Assembly: GCA_951406725.2 (NCBI GenBank) | Contig: OX597817.1 | Coordinates: forward strand, 118,006,001 to 118,068,000 | Direction: 5' to 3' | Source of the DNA: Octopus vulgaris | Lineage: Eukaryota | Length of the DNA stretch: 62,000 nucleotides | In this document: in pieces, positions 40,771 to 54,159 of the stretch | How positions within the stretch are numbered: the stretch's first letter is position 1 | Layout of the letters: every line of letters begins with the position of its first letter | Translations under genes and position numbers: made by a program | Notes under the pieces: generated by a model | Told to the model about the DNA's origin: nothing | Seen by the model: only the letters and a program-made list of their open reading frames with translations | Database searches by the model: none

Positions 40771-42739
40771 GTGTGTGTATGCATATTCTAATAATGATAG
40801 AGTTAGACAGAATTACTTGCAAATAAGTTGATTGACTCCAACATTTAGAAACTTCTGGAAACTAAATTCGCAATATATGGCAGATCTTAACTAGGTTTAC
40901 ATCAGATATTTTCTAATATGCTTATTTTATCTAGTTTTTATAAATTCTTCTTCAAATATATATTATATATTTCTACCGATTATTTACCATTTTTAGGAAG
41001 TAACGCATTGCTCAAGACATCTAATGGCTGCATATACTGAACATTTGACGTATGTAGAAATATTGCATTAGATATATCTCTTTAGCCTGGACTCACAAGA
41101 AATACTTGGTGTGTATTTTTATGTATCTAATTCATTTTAAAGAGTCGGAAGATATTTGGAATTTGATTTGTGGTATTTGCCATATAACTCTCGATCAACC
41201 TCATTGAATAAAATTATATTTAAAAGCCTTCCGCAATTGATTGTCTGCTTTTTCTTCAATGTTTATAACTATAAGTTCTCGATTGGAAACTTCCTCGATA
41301 AATTCAATGAGGGCCATTGTACTATTGCAGGAATATGGTAGTATTTCTAAAACTATTTGATATATATTTTGTAAAATGCCGTCAAATGTAAGACGTGTCA
41401 AGAAATGGAAACTACATCAGGCAGAATTTGTATTTTGAATATCTAGAAACATTGGTTGAGATTGTAAATAAAACTAGTAATCTATTCATTCAAGCAAAGC
41501 GCAATTTTAACTATGACTATAATAAGGATGACTATAATTTTGTAAGTTGGCTATTAAACATATTTGTTTATTAAGTGATTCAAGTTTTAGAATGATATAT
41601 TACAACAGAAATTAGTGTGGAAAAAAAGTATATTTGTAAGGTGCATCCTAGAGCATTTCAAACCTCAGTTTAAAAGCGCAGACAGATAGACTGGTGTAAC
41701 TTAATAGCATGAAGCTAAAACTACCATTCCTCAGTGTGTTGATCGACCGAACATTAAGCATTGCCAGTTTTGTCATGGGTAACAGTTATGGAATATATAT
41801 AACTTGGCAAATAAATGTTATGCTTAAAATGATTTAAACGATTTCATTCGTGTAATACGGAATCTAAAAATGTTATCAATATTTACCAATTTATTTGATT
41901 TGCGTCTCGACTTTTATTTTAAATCTTTCTCTAAATTATCATAGCATGCTAAGAGATAGCTAATAAATTGATTTACATATACATATATCTAGAACAATTT
42001 GTTTCGATCAAAGGTGAATATTTGATCTATGTTTCATTATATCTGTTTATTAAATTCTTTCGCATATCTATATATACATGCTCCATTGTATAATGTATTC
42101 CTCTGGGTCGCGCCTCTTATTAATCATATAATTTATTATACTTTGGTGTTTTGCCTCCCTTGTATGTAGACGTTATCTTCGAAATACATATTATTTACTG
42201 GTTTCCAGTATTTTGATTGATCAGAAGAACATTTGGATAATTAAGAAAGGATTATGTTTATTTATATTATATTGAAATAAGAGACTATCATTGACCAAGT
42301 AATACAAAAATAACTAAGCTGACATTTCAACAACTCGTTTCAAATATTATTTTTTGTGCGAATTATTTTCACTCATGCGATTTTGTAACTGTAATTATCA
42401 TAAGTGTATTGCAATACCTACTCAACGAAAACATTATTGCTATTACAATTTTGAAATAAAGAGCATTTATATTTTCATGTGAGATTATTAATAGTTTCTT
42501 TTGAGAAATGTTATCGTACAGACAAAGCGAAAGAAATACACTGGAAAATCAAACATAATTTTCATGAACTGAAATTTATAATTTTCTTGCTAATGCTGTG
42601 TTATATATAATAACCTGAGCATAGTCTACATATAATTAATATCAAAATAATTCACGACACATATATGTACAATGGCCTGAAATAAAGCAGACAAGAATAA
42701 TATTTTCTAATCTGGCTCATGGTCCGCACTTTTATGTAA

Positions 42740-42900
42740 TGCTTAGTTGATTACGCATTTGACTAGTATTTTATTTTACCAATCCCGAAATCATTAAAGG
42801 CAATATTAACTTTTGTGAGATTTGACCCTAGAAAATAACGTGTATAGAGAACGTCAATTAACAATTTCTGTCCGGGTCTCTAATTATTCTGCCAACTTAC
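42740..42900 (-). mobile_element. Highly diverged SINE
   Basis: Weak reverse-complement similarity to the 46471 family (gattacgcatttgactagt..., gatttgac, attctgcca). Confidence 0.35.
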
Positions 42901-45900
42901 CGTTTTAAAGTTGATACTAATGATATTTTCTACTGTAAGCATGAAGACAGAGATTTTGTGAAAGAGAGATTCTCAAATCCACCACCGTAAAAGTTGACAG
43001 AAAGACACCAATGATAAGTCAACAAAGGAGCTTGTACATTGTCAGTCTGTCTGCTACAAATAGTAGCAAATCTCTCCCTGAAAATCATCTTAAATAAAAG
43101 CACTAAATAATGTAGTCATAAATACACATAGAAAGTCAGGATTGCCATGGGTATGATATCGCTGATAAAACGACTATTTCATTACATTAGTAAACAATTC
43201 CGAAAACCTTTTTATTCCCCTTGCTTTTTACAGTTAATCCTATCTAATTTGTTAGTACTGACTTCAGAAATACCTGCAATGAACGATTTTCTTACACAGC
43301 GATTCGCTTTTTGCAAAAAGCTGTCTATTTTAACCATTACGGAAATAAGAAACTAACACAAATCAAATACTGCTTTTTTTTTTAACAAGTATATTGTAGA
43401 AAATGTTTAATTACATACCTTAGGATAGATGTTTCCGTGAAACTAACGTTTCAACTACACAATGTGTAAAATTACGCTTTGCTGTTTTGCATGGTCTTGT
43501 ACCTCTTTGTAGACACCAGCCAGACACCAGTAGTAGTCAGCCATCATGTTTGTGTTCCTTTTCTACCTAGTCTCCATTGTCTTGATATATTGGAGGAATC
43601 TTTCTCTTTGTGTATCACTCATTGCACTAAGATTTTCAGAGAAGTACCTCAGATGACTATGCAGGTAAGGCACTTTTGAGCTCATGTCGCAGCCTAATGC
43701 TCGGAAACGGGTTCACAAGTTCTTCATAATTTGACGATTTCCTGTTTCTTAGCAAGTCGGACACAACCGCACATGCCAGACTTGGATAAACGATGTAACG
43801 CTTAGTCTTAGAAATGAAGCCAGATATATCAATCATGCAAAAGTGACAGTCATCATATTAATTGGTTTCCTCAACACTATGGAGATTCTAAAGCTTAGGT
43901 AATTTCTCTGGTCCCTTATCTACTGTCCCAGTGTTGTGATCCATGTTTTGCACACTATATGTCGTACCCAGGCTCTGTTGTGGCAAGGTAAGGTAAGATT
44001 TCTTCACAAAATATCTGATTTTGTTTTCCTGACTAAGTCAAATACAACATCCACAAATATAGAAGTCACGAAAGCTGTTTTCGCATTTTCGTCTCTCTTA
44101 CCTGGCGCCATTTTCCTAGCAACAAAACATATATACATGCTAGTTGTTACCTGAGAAAAGCATTTATAGGATTGTCAAGATTACAAAGTAAGTAACTGCT
44201 GGTATGTGATGGTAAAGCTCCATAAAGGGAATACATACTATGAAGGTTTTCCTACCGTTCTTTGACTATGCTTGACAGAAGTGATATTGATTTATGTGAC
44301 CTGACACCTGCAAGAGTGCATTCGAAGTAGCGATTCTCATAAGAAATTGGTAAAGTTTCAACAAAATATATCCCTTCTGGTTTCCAATGATAGCCACACA
44401 ATGTCAAGTACAGCGGGCGCATATCTGCCAACAAATATAGCTAATACCACAAATATGAGACGTACATGATGTCGAGGATTACAAAAACATGCTGGTTGTA
44501 AAATCTTATAGTATAGAAGACATTTCTCTTATCAATCTAAGATTCAAAAGTGGTTAGGCTGAAAATAGTGACAGTGGCTCAGGATTGATGATTTGTTTTT
44601 CTTTTTAATTTACTGAAGATACTTATATAATGACATTTACTTTTACATTTGTAGTTGCATTTACTTTAAATTATGTGGAACAATTGTTAAGTCACAGTTA
44701 TATCAAGCTCCATATAAGGGTCTGCAATTGATTAAGCTAAATCTAGGCTTAGAAAGGTGACAATACCGGAAATGTTGAACAGTAGACATTTGAGCTTGGG
44801 AAAGGTCAGGACGGGATAGAGCAAAGAGGATTTCAATTTTGAAATCATCAATCCAACATTACTAGGAAACATGTCTCTAATATCAGTGAGCAAAAACGGT
44901 TTTGCCCAGTGTTATCGTTTTGGTGGAGCTAGAAAAAAGTAACAGAAACAAATCTAAGAGTACACGCAAGCTTCAGCCACCGATGCCAACATACAATAAT
45001 CACTGGTTTCACGTTTTTTATTTTCTTAATTCCAGGCTGCTCTTTCTAACGTAGTGTGTTGTATACTTGTCATGTAAAGATTGAAATGTTTCATATATTG
45101 GATATGCTCATAAAATTAAGTATTGTAATAACATATAATAGTAGTAAGATATATTCACATTCTCAAGGACTGCATGTAATTATTACACAGGAGTCTAAAA
45201 GTTATAATTAACACTACTATTACTATTACCACAAGCTGTCTTGAGTAATTTATTTTAAAATTTATTTATGAAAGCACACGCACATACATAAAAACATACA
45301 TACATACATACATAAACACATACATACATACATACATACATACATACATACATACACGTTCACAGACAGAGAGACCGTTACAAGGAGAATACACATGAAC
45401 TGCATGGCACCTTAGACATGTAAAATCAATACAGCATTTTTACGAAGAGAAAGAAAATAAAATGTAGGAAAATATGCCCTAGCAGTGTTTCTTATTTGTT
45501 GTATAGTGTTTTCAAAATTTTTGGAATATATTTCATATGCGTAAAGCTTCCAAATGTTTTTAAAGCAACATATAGTTTGACCAAGTATTACTTTTAATTG
45601 ATGGATGATATTAATGAGGAAATTTAATATAGTTGTACAACTCATGAATCAGGAAATTTTATATATTTATCATATCATTAATCAAATTAGGGCAATAATG
45701 TCAGTATAGCCTCAGGGTATTTTACTGCGAAATATAGTTATAAATAATTATCTTGCAATTTATTGCAATATATAAAAAGCCATGATGCAAAAACATTTTC
45801 AATATCCGTTAGGTACTGGATTCCCTTGCAAAATATAGTTGTAAAATATTTAATGTATTATATTTACGTACTATTTCTTGGTAATCAACACTTCTTAAAA

Positions 45901-46470
45901 AAACTATTTTCAATTAGTAGCACTTTCAAGAAAGTGCAAGAAAGAAAATAACATCGCGGTTATTGCGAACGATTCTTAACTAAAGGATGTGATAATTTGA
46001 AAACAATCAAATATTATTTGTCACAAAGATTATTTACTTGGTTACAGGCAATCTGATAATTGTTTACTGGTAAGAATATTAATATGGGTAAGTATCGCTT
46101 TTATTGGGGCTCATCCTTAATGTGTGGAATACTGAAGCATGCATATCGAAAATAGTTGTTACATATCGAAAATAGTTGCCAATCGTTATTGATCAGTGTA
46201 AATTCCATACATAAGCAATAAGGTTTAATAATTGCAGCGAGGACAGTAGTGTGGTAACTGGGAACTGTTTATGATTCTCGCAGAAAAGAGTGCGAATCCT
46301 TAAAGAAATCAGAAATGAATCTAATAACATTTATATACATGCTTAGTGTATCATCCAATTTTAGTTTACTGGTGAGGAGAAAGCTACAGCTATGTTTGAA
46401 TTTTATAGGACTTTGTCAAATGCATAAATCTATACAGAGGCTTTCTGTTATCAATTATTGACAGTTTCAA

Positions 46471-46682
46471 GCCTGCGAGCTGGCAAAAACGTTAGCACCC
46501 CGGGCATAATACTTAGCGACATTTTGACTGTCTTTACGTTCTAATTTCAAATTCCGCCTAGGTCGACCTTGCCTTTCATCCTTTCGGGGTCGATAAATTA
46601 AGTACCGGTTGCGTGCTGGGGTCGTTCTACTCGATTGTACCCCTTCCCCAAACTGTCGGGCATTGTGCCTAGAGTAGAAAAG
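46471..46682 (+). mobile_element. SINE, copy 1 of a tandem pair
   Basis: Head gcgagctggcaaaaacgttagc; body aattcaaattccgcctaggtcgaccttgcctttcatcctttcggggtcgat. Confidence 0.9.
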
Positions 46683-46700
46683 AATTATTAATAGTTTCAA

Positions 46701-46913
46701 GGTAGCGAGCTAGGCAGAAAAGTTTAACACGGCGAGCGAAATACTTAGCGGTATTTCGCTTGTCTTTACATTCTAATTTCAAATTCCGCCCAGGTCGACC
46801 TTGCCTTTCATCCTTTCGGGGTCGATATATTAAGTACCGGTTGGGTGCTGGGGTCGATCTAATCGACTGGACCTTTCCCAGAACTTGTGGGCCTTCTATC
46901 TAGAGTAGAAAAG
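46701..46913 (+). mobile_element. SINE, copy 2 of a tandem pair
   Basis: Same family; bounded by repeats of aattatt(g/a)a(c/t)agt. Confidence 0.9.
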
Positions 46914-48249
46914 AATTATTGACAGTCCCCCTACATATAGAAAAAGGGCTACAAATTATTTTAGCCAGAGTAATTGTACATACATAAATAATCAAATAGA
47001 GTAGAAAATAATTTAAAGTCAGTACTGGCACAATTTTAAATAGATAATTTAAAGGAATGACGTGCAAATGAAAGAAAATAATTCAAATTTCCTTCTTAGT
47101 TTTCAAAATTAAAAAAAATTAACGATGATTTTTAAGTGACGCTCACAAAAGGGGGAGCTAATCTGAAGATATTAAGTATCATTTTTAGAAAATTAATTTG
47201 AATATTCACGATTAAATCTTAAGTTTAGAATAGAATTTCATTTTTCTTTATAAATATCTATAAACATTTCATTTTGCTTTCAAACATTTTCCCAATAGGA
47301 AGTCCGGTGTGAAAGGAATTACTGTAAAGGATTCGTTTGATAGCATTTCGCAGTTTTAGTTTGAGATTGATAGAAAGAATTCGATTCAGGCAAAATCATA
47401 GATTGGTAAAGAAGTAGGATTTCATTTAGGTAGACATTAACTCTGAAACATGAAAACATCCATTTGGAAAAGAATTAAATCAATGCAAGTATAGTAATAT
47501 GTTTTGACTTATTAAAGTTGTATCTTTTCGTTTTGAGATACTTGTGTTATGCAAATGAAAATGCACAATTGGTATATCCTTCATCTTTTATATGGGATAT
47601 ATACAATTGTGTTTAATATACGATCTTGGTAAATGATGCATCTAAAACAACTTTCACATACGCAAATATTTCGATTTGTATGTTGAAATCAACTTGTTAA
47701 TAGTGTAGCATGAATAAGATTCTCACTCGTCCACAATAACGTTAAACCTTTTCCTTCTTTAAGTGTATAAATCAATGCCATGTTAATGTGATTGTAAAAC
47801 AACTTCTTATAATAGTGCCTAAAACATGTATATATAAACTTGTGTGTATGCATATGTCCATATACGTATGTATGAATAATACGATCTTTACTTTAATACC
47901 GTCCGTCGTCTATGTCCTATTTTTGGAAACCTTGCGCTGTTGCAAAAAGTTATTATGATCTCATAGTTGTGATTCAAGTGGACTTTGAACTTAGAAGTTA
48001 GTAGAGGAATTATTTCCTAGCTCAGAAAGAAATGCAATACTTGTGACAGATCTTGTGCTATGTTAGATATGCCAGCCCACCAGATATCTCCAGTGATGTT
48101 GAAACAAAGTATGAATAGAAACCATAGGAGTCCTAGTTGAAGAAAATGATATAATAATTATAGACACATATCAAACTAAGCCTCAAATTAATTCTTCTGA
48201 TATACCTTATCCACCTACACTATTCTCTGTATTGAAGTTTTGAATACAA

Positions 48250-49100
48250 ATTGATATATGCACAATATAGACCTGCTCTTACAATCACTCATCCCTAACA
48301 CTAGAGATAAAACAATCCACTGGCTCTAAAACAAATTCTCCTTAAAGTTGTCCGAAATTGGTAACGTTTTAGGTGCTTTGGGGCCAACTACAACGGCCAA
48401 GAATTATTTGACAGCATAGAGTACATCGATCTTGAATCATATTCTCCCGCAGTTTTGTTCTTTACTAATGCTGGTAAATTCTTTAGATCTCTCTCTCTCT
48501 CTCACTCATCCCATATTGATCCTTCGTTACCACTATAGAACGTGGATCTTTCGAAACCTTTAACGCCTACACTATGTACATTCATTAATTGCATTTATAA
48601 CCAGTACGTAGTCACAGAAAACAGCTTTAGTGTCTTTTTGACCTTCTAGCGCAATATCTATCAAACTATTATGGGTTCATCTGTTGTCAATTCACATCTG
48701 GTCTTACATAAATTCAAAATGCGCACTTATATCCAAGAAAAATCCATAAATCAGACAATTAAGCTTTTTCTGATTCTGGAAGAATGTGAGATAAATAGTC
48801 GGTGCTCCGAAAGTTCTGTGCTACATAACATTTGAAACCCACACCCTTTGTCTACAAATGACCGGAAGAAGTTAGCGTGATAATTAAAACCATGCTGCAA
48901 AAGAAGTGACCCATACTCTATAAACATCAACAATCTGCATACATCGTCCAATGTGGTGCACTCTAAAATTTCAGATATAGAACATCATCTACACGGATCA
49001 AAACAAATGATCTATCTCCATACAATAGAAAATATTTACGCACAACTGCATCCCCTGGAAAAAAAAAAACATTACACGAATCCTGAAGATTCTTTATGAG
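48250..49100 (-). mobile_element. Possible very decayed piggyBac-type transposase
   Basis: Scattered minus-strand pieces NFFRS (cf. DNFFTS), SEHRL (cf. RENRL), KDTKAV (cf. WKDNKPV) and PALVK.NK (cf. P.IV..YN) occur in the expected order; many frameshifts. Confidence 0.35.
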
Positions 49101-49955
49101 CATTAGAGGCAACTTGAGGATACCCACCTCTCAATTTTAGCCGATTATTTCGATCTCTGTCGAAAAGTATCGAAACTATATAGTTTGCCAAAATGTATTA
49201 AAGTTATCAATATCAAACCTGGTACAAGTTGTACAATACTAAATAACTGATTATTGTCGAACTAATTAAAGTCGCATTGAGGGAAATGTATATTCTACGT
49301 GATAGTACATTTGTAGTCCAAATCACAGTGAGAAAACTTTGCCATCCAAAAAAAAAAAAAGAAAATTACTTAATACCGTTTTTTTATTTGCCGTTGCACT
49401 CTTTAGTTATAAAGGCATTATAACATCTGATGCAGGATCTGAATAAAACCAGATACCAATATTTATGTTGTAATGGACGGAAAAATATGTGAGATGTTTA
49501 TAATGGAGTGGATTCTCCCAACAACCATGCATCCTTTCTATCAAAGAGTAGAATTAGTATTTGTTATCCAGTAATCAATTGCTGAATCATTATATTATAT
49601 GATCTAATGGTTCTGCATATACTAATTCTGAAAAACTTGAATTTTACAAATAAGAAATTAAATTAATATAATGAAATGAGATCATGCTCTAAAAACCGTA
49701 ATGATTTATTAGATAATTGTAGATTTAATGGAAAAAAAGAAAATAATAGGCAAAATTTTTCATTGTGTTAGTCCTAACACATTATAAGCCTCACTTGTGC
49801 ATTGCATGTGAAACAACCGATAAAGTTGCTGCAGCAATCTGAACTGATCTCAATATTGAGTGAAATACGGATAGTAGCATCAGTAAGCGTATATTCATAT
49901 ATGTGAATACATATATATAAATATCGTATTAATACTGATATATGAATACAATATG

Positions 49956-50015
<60 letters not shown>

Positions 50016-50094
50016 GAATATATATATATATATATATATACATAAGTTCATACGTATATGTACATACATCTATACGTATATCTATGAATATGTT

Positions 50095-50470
50095 AGCACA
50101 GGACGTCACGAAACGTGTACAGCAAAAAGTACGAAGTACGAGTACATGGAATATGAACTATTCTTTCGAACAACGAAACACACAAATGGAAACCAATATA
50201 AACAACATAAAGTACAACACGACATCAGTTTTTGGCAGTTTTCTAGTTTCGTATTTCCAGGAGTTAACAACAATAAACGCTTTCGATAAAACAGTTGCTC
50301 CCGCAAAGCAAATTAAATACAATTTGGAAATTTTTGCGAAGGGTGAACATTGGTAACCAAAACAGGACAGTGAAAACAAATAAGAAGGGCTCCTATGCCC
50401 CAAAGAGATTGTGGCGGTGAACCCGTAAACGCGTAAATCAAGCTTGCACAGCAGACATACAAGAACACGT
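50095..50470 (+). repeat. Dispersed (TA)n-embedded repeat module
   Basis: 50096-50195 matches 58261-58350; 50280-50380 matches 51880-51985. Confidence 0.8.
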
Positions 50471-50818
50471 CTTCCTGCATGCATACATACATACATTGAG
50501 CGATTGATACAATATATGTAATTCTTTATGTACATATGCATATATTTATATATAAATATATATATGTGGCTACAATCCTGTATGTTTTCTATTGTATTGT
50601 GGTTTTCTTTCAATGGTGGGGTCCTGGGTTCCGACAACGAGAGAGCACTTTGAAATCAGTATTCAATATATACGTAATAAGAAGGAACTGCCGTTGGAGT
50701 ATAGTGTCGATATCACAGCATTTATACCTAAATCAACCTCATTTTCTAATTGGACCTCTTATTCCCTCTTCCTCTTTCTGTACAAATATACACACACATG
50801 AGTAGACACACATATGTA

Positions 50819-50857
<39 letters not shown>

Positions 50858-50920
50858 AAAAAAAGAAGTTCGAAAATGCTGCTATAGTACACAAATTTTT
50901 AATTTTTATATATACATTAT

Positions 50921-50951
50921 AACATGTTTCGGTTCTTGAGAACCTTATCAA
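50921..50951 (-). ncRNA. Degenerate minimal hammerhead-like motif
   Basis: Minus strand UUGAUAA-GGUUC(ucaa)GAACC-GAAAC-AU-GUU: perfect 5-bp stem II and palindromic ACAUGU; two core substitutions and a poor stem I. Confidence 0.4.
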
Positions 50952-51300
50952 AAAAAGTTATATATAAAAAAAGATAGTTAATGCTATCAAATATAAAAAA
51001 TTCATTTATAATATACAATAGAGTCAGACATCAAAAGTTCATATATCGTGAAGTGAGTTCGTTCATGCTATATGTTTAGAGAGTATGATGTAGAGGTTCA
51101 TAGTGGTGATATGCATTCAATATAAAAAAATAGATCAAAATGGTGATATGCAGTCAATATAAAAAATTTAGATTTTACCTTGAGGAACTGTGATGACTTT
51201 TGGTCGGTGTTCGCTGGATCGTTCTGGTGAACCTTGTGAATTGTTTGGGTTTTATATCACCTGTTAGGTGGCCAGTCCAGCGTAACGTGACGTCATCAAC

Positions 51301-51511
51301 GTTTTGACCAATCGTTTCTTTAGGTGGCTTAGTCAAGTAGAACGGGACGTCATTAATATTCCGACCAATCCCGACCTATAGCTGTATTAGATCTGTCCCT
51401 TGTCTGTGTCCTGTTTTGACCAATCGTTTCGTCAGGTGGCTTAGTCAAGCAGAACGGGACGTCATCAATATTCTGACCAATCCCGACCTATAGCTGTATT
51501 AGATCTGCTCC

Positions 51512-51513
<2 letters not shown>
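51301..51513. repeat. Two-copy 112-bp tandem repeat rich in CCAAT and GACGTCA motifs
   Basis: Units start at 51301 and 51413. Confidence 0.92.
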
Positions 51514-51559
<46 letters not shown>

Positions 51560-51950
51560 GTATTTAACAAATTAATAAATAAAACATATGCATATATACA
51601 TACGTATACGTACGTACCTACATCTACATGTATATATATACATGCATATATGTACGTACCTATATCTACATGTATATATACATGCATATATGGGTACAGG
51701 ACACCACAAAAACGTCGAACACAATGAGAAACGAAAACATAAACACAAAACCAAGGAAAGGGACATTTTTCTTAAACAACGAAAAAATAGATTACAGGAC
51801 ATAGAACACAAGGAAAATTCCCCTTCTTCAGTCGCCTCTGTTTCATCTACTCCGCATTTTGAAGGTAAAGGCGAGACACGACTTCGTTGAAACATTCCTT
51901 CCCGCAAAAAGCAAATTAAATAAAATTTGAGATTTTTTTGTGGATGAGTA

Positions 51951-52078
51951 AAAATGGTAACAAAAACAGGACAGTAAAGACAAGCCCTCCTTGTCCGTGT
52001 TACTGTTATTCTCCTTGTCCTGTATTTTACTGTTTATATTTTGTACTGTCTTTACTGTCCTGTTTTTGTTACCATTTT
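51951..52078. repeat. Perfect 32-bp inverted repeat
   Basis: aaaatggtaacaaaaacaggacagtaaagaca (51951-51982) versus 52047-52078. Confidence 0.93.
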
Positions 52079-52080
52079 GA

Positions 52081-52846
52081 TCCTGTGGACCCCATTGGCC
52101 GCAAGAGATCTGGTTTTTTCTGGTGATAGTTGAGAGACGTCCCCCCAAGTGACACTCGTGCCTGCAGCCACGCCACATTAAAAAGAACTGCCCCCAGGAC
52201 CATGGTAAGTTCCTGCAAGAGTCACTGGATGCTACCTCCCCTACCCGGTCAAAGGGAGAGGTGGATGTGTTTGAGGAGGCTTAAGCCTCCTCAAACCAAA
52301 GGGGATTTAAAAGGAAGAAGGCGGGCGACAATGGTTGCCCGCCGAAGGACGCTAAGGCTTCGGGACGTGGGGGTGAGACTCCGGACAAAGCGGAAGAGCT
52401 CCATCCTCCCGAAGTCAGGAAGAAAAGAAAAAAAAGAAAGTAGAAGAACGGGTCATTGTAGGTGGAAGATGATGTACCATCTGCATATCCCGATGGTGTG
52501 CCACCCACGGTGGAAGAAACGAGCACCACACTTAAAGATGATGAATTAATTATATTTTTCTACAAGGACGGGGAGGTGAAAAATAGTAGAACATAAAGAG
52601 GCAGTAGATATGGCCTTCACACGGGATCCCGAATGGCCTCCGCAGATAGCTGTGGAGGTCATAAGGTTTCCCTTGTGGAAAAGGCTTAAATGATTTAGGG
52701 AGGGGTGTTACATATGGCCGGGTGGCCCTTACACTGCAATGACTTACATGTCCTACATGAGTGAGGCATGGAAAATGGCAGGATATAGGGACTCAAGTGG
52801 CATTGGAGATAATGACGGATATATTGATGGATATATCGATGAGTAG
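52081..52846 (+). pseudogene. Decayed gag-like/ORF1 protein with a CCHC zinc knuckle
   Basis: Frame from 52081 gives LVIVERRPPK*HSCLQPRHIKKNCP (C-x2-C-x4-H-x4-C with the first Cys as TGA at 52150), then a K/R/E-rich linker and a C-terminal segment after a frameshift ending TAG at 52846. Confidence 0.6.
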
Positions 52847-53284
52847 GAGATGAAAAAGCCTCGTTAGAGTGTTTGAAACATCATCTTATTGTATTATTTG
52901 CAGTGGTTTATAACCTCAAATGTGTTTAAAAAACATGTTAAGTAAGAGGTTTTAGTGCCTCCTTCTTGTAAGAGGTTTCAAACCTCATATTGATTTTTTA
53001 AATGAAGCAAGTATGTTTTCAAGAAAAATCCAATCGGCGGCTGTTCGGTTTCGTCTCTCATTTATTCATTTTATTTCATTTTCATTCATTGTGTTTGTCC
53101 AGCCCGCAGCTACTCTTTATGGCAAATAAAATGAATGAAATAAAGTAGCTTGCTTACCAACCTCACGGTTCTGGGTTCAGTCCTACTGCGTGGCACCTTC
53201 GGCATGTGTCTTCTACTGTAGCATCGAGCCGACTAAGACCTTGTGAGTGGATTTGGTAGACGGAAACTGAAAGAAGCACTCGTA

Positions 53285-53346
<62 letters not shown>

Positions 53347-53348
<2 letters not shown>

Positions 53349-53506
53349 ATTTTTTTCTCTCCTTGCTTTTTTTGTGTCCCTATCTGGAGCGTAGGCTCGA
53401 AACGTAAAAGACCTTTTCTATTCCTGAGCGTTATAGTTATACATCTGTTTGTTTTGTACACCACCTCTCTTCGTCTTTTCTTTTTTCGTAAACTTTCCGT
53501 ATATAT

Positions 53507-53594
<88 letters not shown>

Positions 53595-53770
53595 GTATGT
53601 ATATATATATATATATACGGAAAGTTTACGAAAAAAGAAAAGACGAAGAGAGGTGGTGTACAAAACAAACAGATGTATAACTATAACGCTCAGGAATAGA
53701 AAAGGTCTTTTACGTTTCGAGCCTACGCTCCAGATAGGGACAAAAAAAAAGCAAGGAGAGAAAAAAATGT
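53347..53770. repeat. Fold-back with 154-bp arms around a palindromic (TA)n spacer
   Basis: 53347-53500 versus 53617-53770; one mismatch seen. Confidence 0.96.
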
Positions 53771-53833
<63 letters not shown>

Positions 53834-53855
53834 AAATTAATATGTCACCATTATT

Positions 53856-54003
53856 CAATAGCCAAGATAAAACTCTGATTTTCGGATGCCGAAGTGGAAA
53901 TCCACAGCAACATCTTTTCGGTTAGATGGCCACATAACCGAAGAGATGGTGTTGTGGATTTCCACTTCGGCATCCAAAACTCAGAGTTTTATCTTGGCTA
54001 TTG
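53856..54003. repeat. Fold-back with about 69-bp arms and a 10-nt loop
   Basis: 53856-53924 versus 53935-54003; several mismatches. Confidence 0.93.
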
Positions 54004-54097
54004 TATAATTGTAACATATTATTTTATAGATAAATTTTTTCTATTTACATAATATTGAGATCTCTTTCTTTCATTTGTTGTCTTACCGTTTTTACCA

Positions 54098-54159
<62 letters not shown>

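Noticed and set aside
43512-43992. Candidate plus-strand exons with AG/GT boundaries
   Set aside because: No recognisable protein and no chain of compatible exons; such sites occur by chance.
44370-44540. Minus-strand hydrophobic stretch RLIFVVLAIFVGRYAP resembling a GPCR TM6
   Set aside because: Short, bounded by stops, with no good splice sites or other helices.
44868-44880. GAAACATGTC hammerhead-like 3' half
   Set aside because: No CUGANGA core with a compatible stem II upstream.
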